NCBI GenBank assembly: GCA_018401675.1
Contig: JAGYKM010000001.1
Span: 105,695 to 169,694 of the forward strand
Direction: 5' to 3'
Length of the DNA: 64,000 nucleotides
From: Alphaproteobacteria bacterium
GTDB taxonomy: Bacteria > Pseudomonadota > Alphaproteobacteria > 16-39-46
The position numbers were made by a program, and so were the translations under genes. Shown piece by piece: positions 63,762 through 64,000 of the stretch. The notes under the pieces are model-generated. The model searched no databases and was not told the origin of the DNA. It saw nothing but the letters and a program-made list of their open reading frames with translations. The first letter of the stretch is position 1. Each line of letters begins with the position of its first letter.

Positions 63762-64000
63762 CTATGGGGCGCTATTTAAAGGCAAGCCATATCTGGAACA
63801 GGCATTTGTCATAATGTAGCCCAGAATCTCTTCGTGCTTCATGCCTACATGAGCGGCTTGAAGGAACAAAAAGCTGTTTTGTTCCATGCCGCTAATGGGG
63901 TTAAAATCTGTAAAAAGAATGCGCCCATCCTCCAAGACCCATCCATCGATGCGGACAAAATCTCGCAAGTCAAAAAGGGAAAAGAGGTCTTCGGCTTTTT
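63762..64000 (-). CDS. C-terminal part of a second Ddl-like ATP-grasp ligase (gene continues beyond window end)
   Basis: 'RDFVRIDGWVLEDGRILFTDFNPISGMEQNSFLFLQAAHVGMKHEEIL' matches the Ddl C-terminal 'RVDFFL..DG.IYLNEINTIPG'. The ORF is open at the window edge. Confidence 0.55.
   Translation of the reverse strand, partial: KAEDLFSLFDLRDFVRIDGWVLEDGRILFTDFNPISGMEQNSFLFLQAAHVGMKHEEILGYIMTNACSRYGLPLNSAP

Overview
The window is a mostly syntenic housekeeping stretch of a bacterial chromosome, most consistent with an alphaproteobacterial, obligately host-associated (Rickettsiales/Holosporales-like) genome. Evidence: infA-maf adjacency, hflK-hflC-htrA-miaA, an Omp25/RopB-type porin ending '...RVGVAYSF', a DUF1013-like protein, and a 23S-5S rRNA pair with its own promoter and no 16S nearby. 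Recognisable genes on + and - strands are: gmhA (5' partial), xseA, a GlpT/UhpC-family transporter (frameshifted), sfsA, tRNA-Leu(CAG), an RNase D-like exonuclease, kdsD-lptC-lptA-lptB, 23S+5S rRNA, rimP-nusA-infB-rbfA-truB-rpsO-pnp, hflKC-htrA-miaA-nudix, infA-maf-tsaC(sua5)-dksA, an arginase-family enzyme, an Omp25 porin, tRNA-His, a DsbA-like protein, a BepA-like M48/TPR protease, rne, rpmF-plsX-fabH, rpsI-rplM, gltX, comEC, a PPTase, an EamA transporter and tandem Ddl-like ATP-grasp genes. The most unusual content is accessory. (i) A 790-aa protein fuses a textbook eukaryotic U-box (E3 ubiquitin-ligase fold) to a P-loop GTPase domain and a long coiled-coil/unknown C-terminal region. (ii) A signal-peptide protein with two ubiquitin-interacting-motif (UIM)-like segments sits directly downstream of the 5S rRNA. 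(iii) A degenerate, frameshifted reverse-transcriptase remnant lies convergent to the U-box gene. Together with a secreted PNPOx-like protein these form a ~5.5-kb island between pnp/NMO-like and hflKC. Several otherwise well-conserved genes (htrA at 2-3 sites, glpT/uhpC, plsX, a ddl-like paralog) carry single-nucleotide frameshifts, most in homopolymer or low-complexity runs. That points to ongoing reductive decay or uncorrected homopolymer sequencing errors. A 3' fragment of a ketoacyl-ACP synthase near a PPTase looks like a decayed fatty-acid/polyketide locus. No CRISPR array, no intact IS element and no 16S rRNA were seen.
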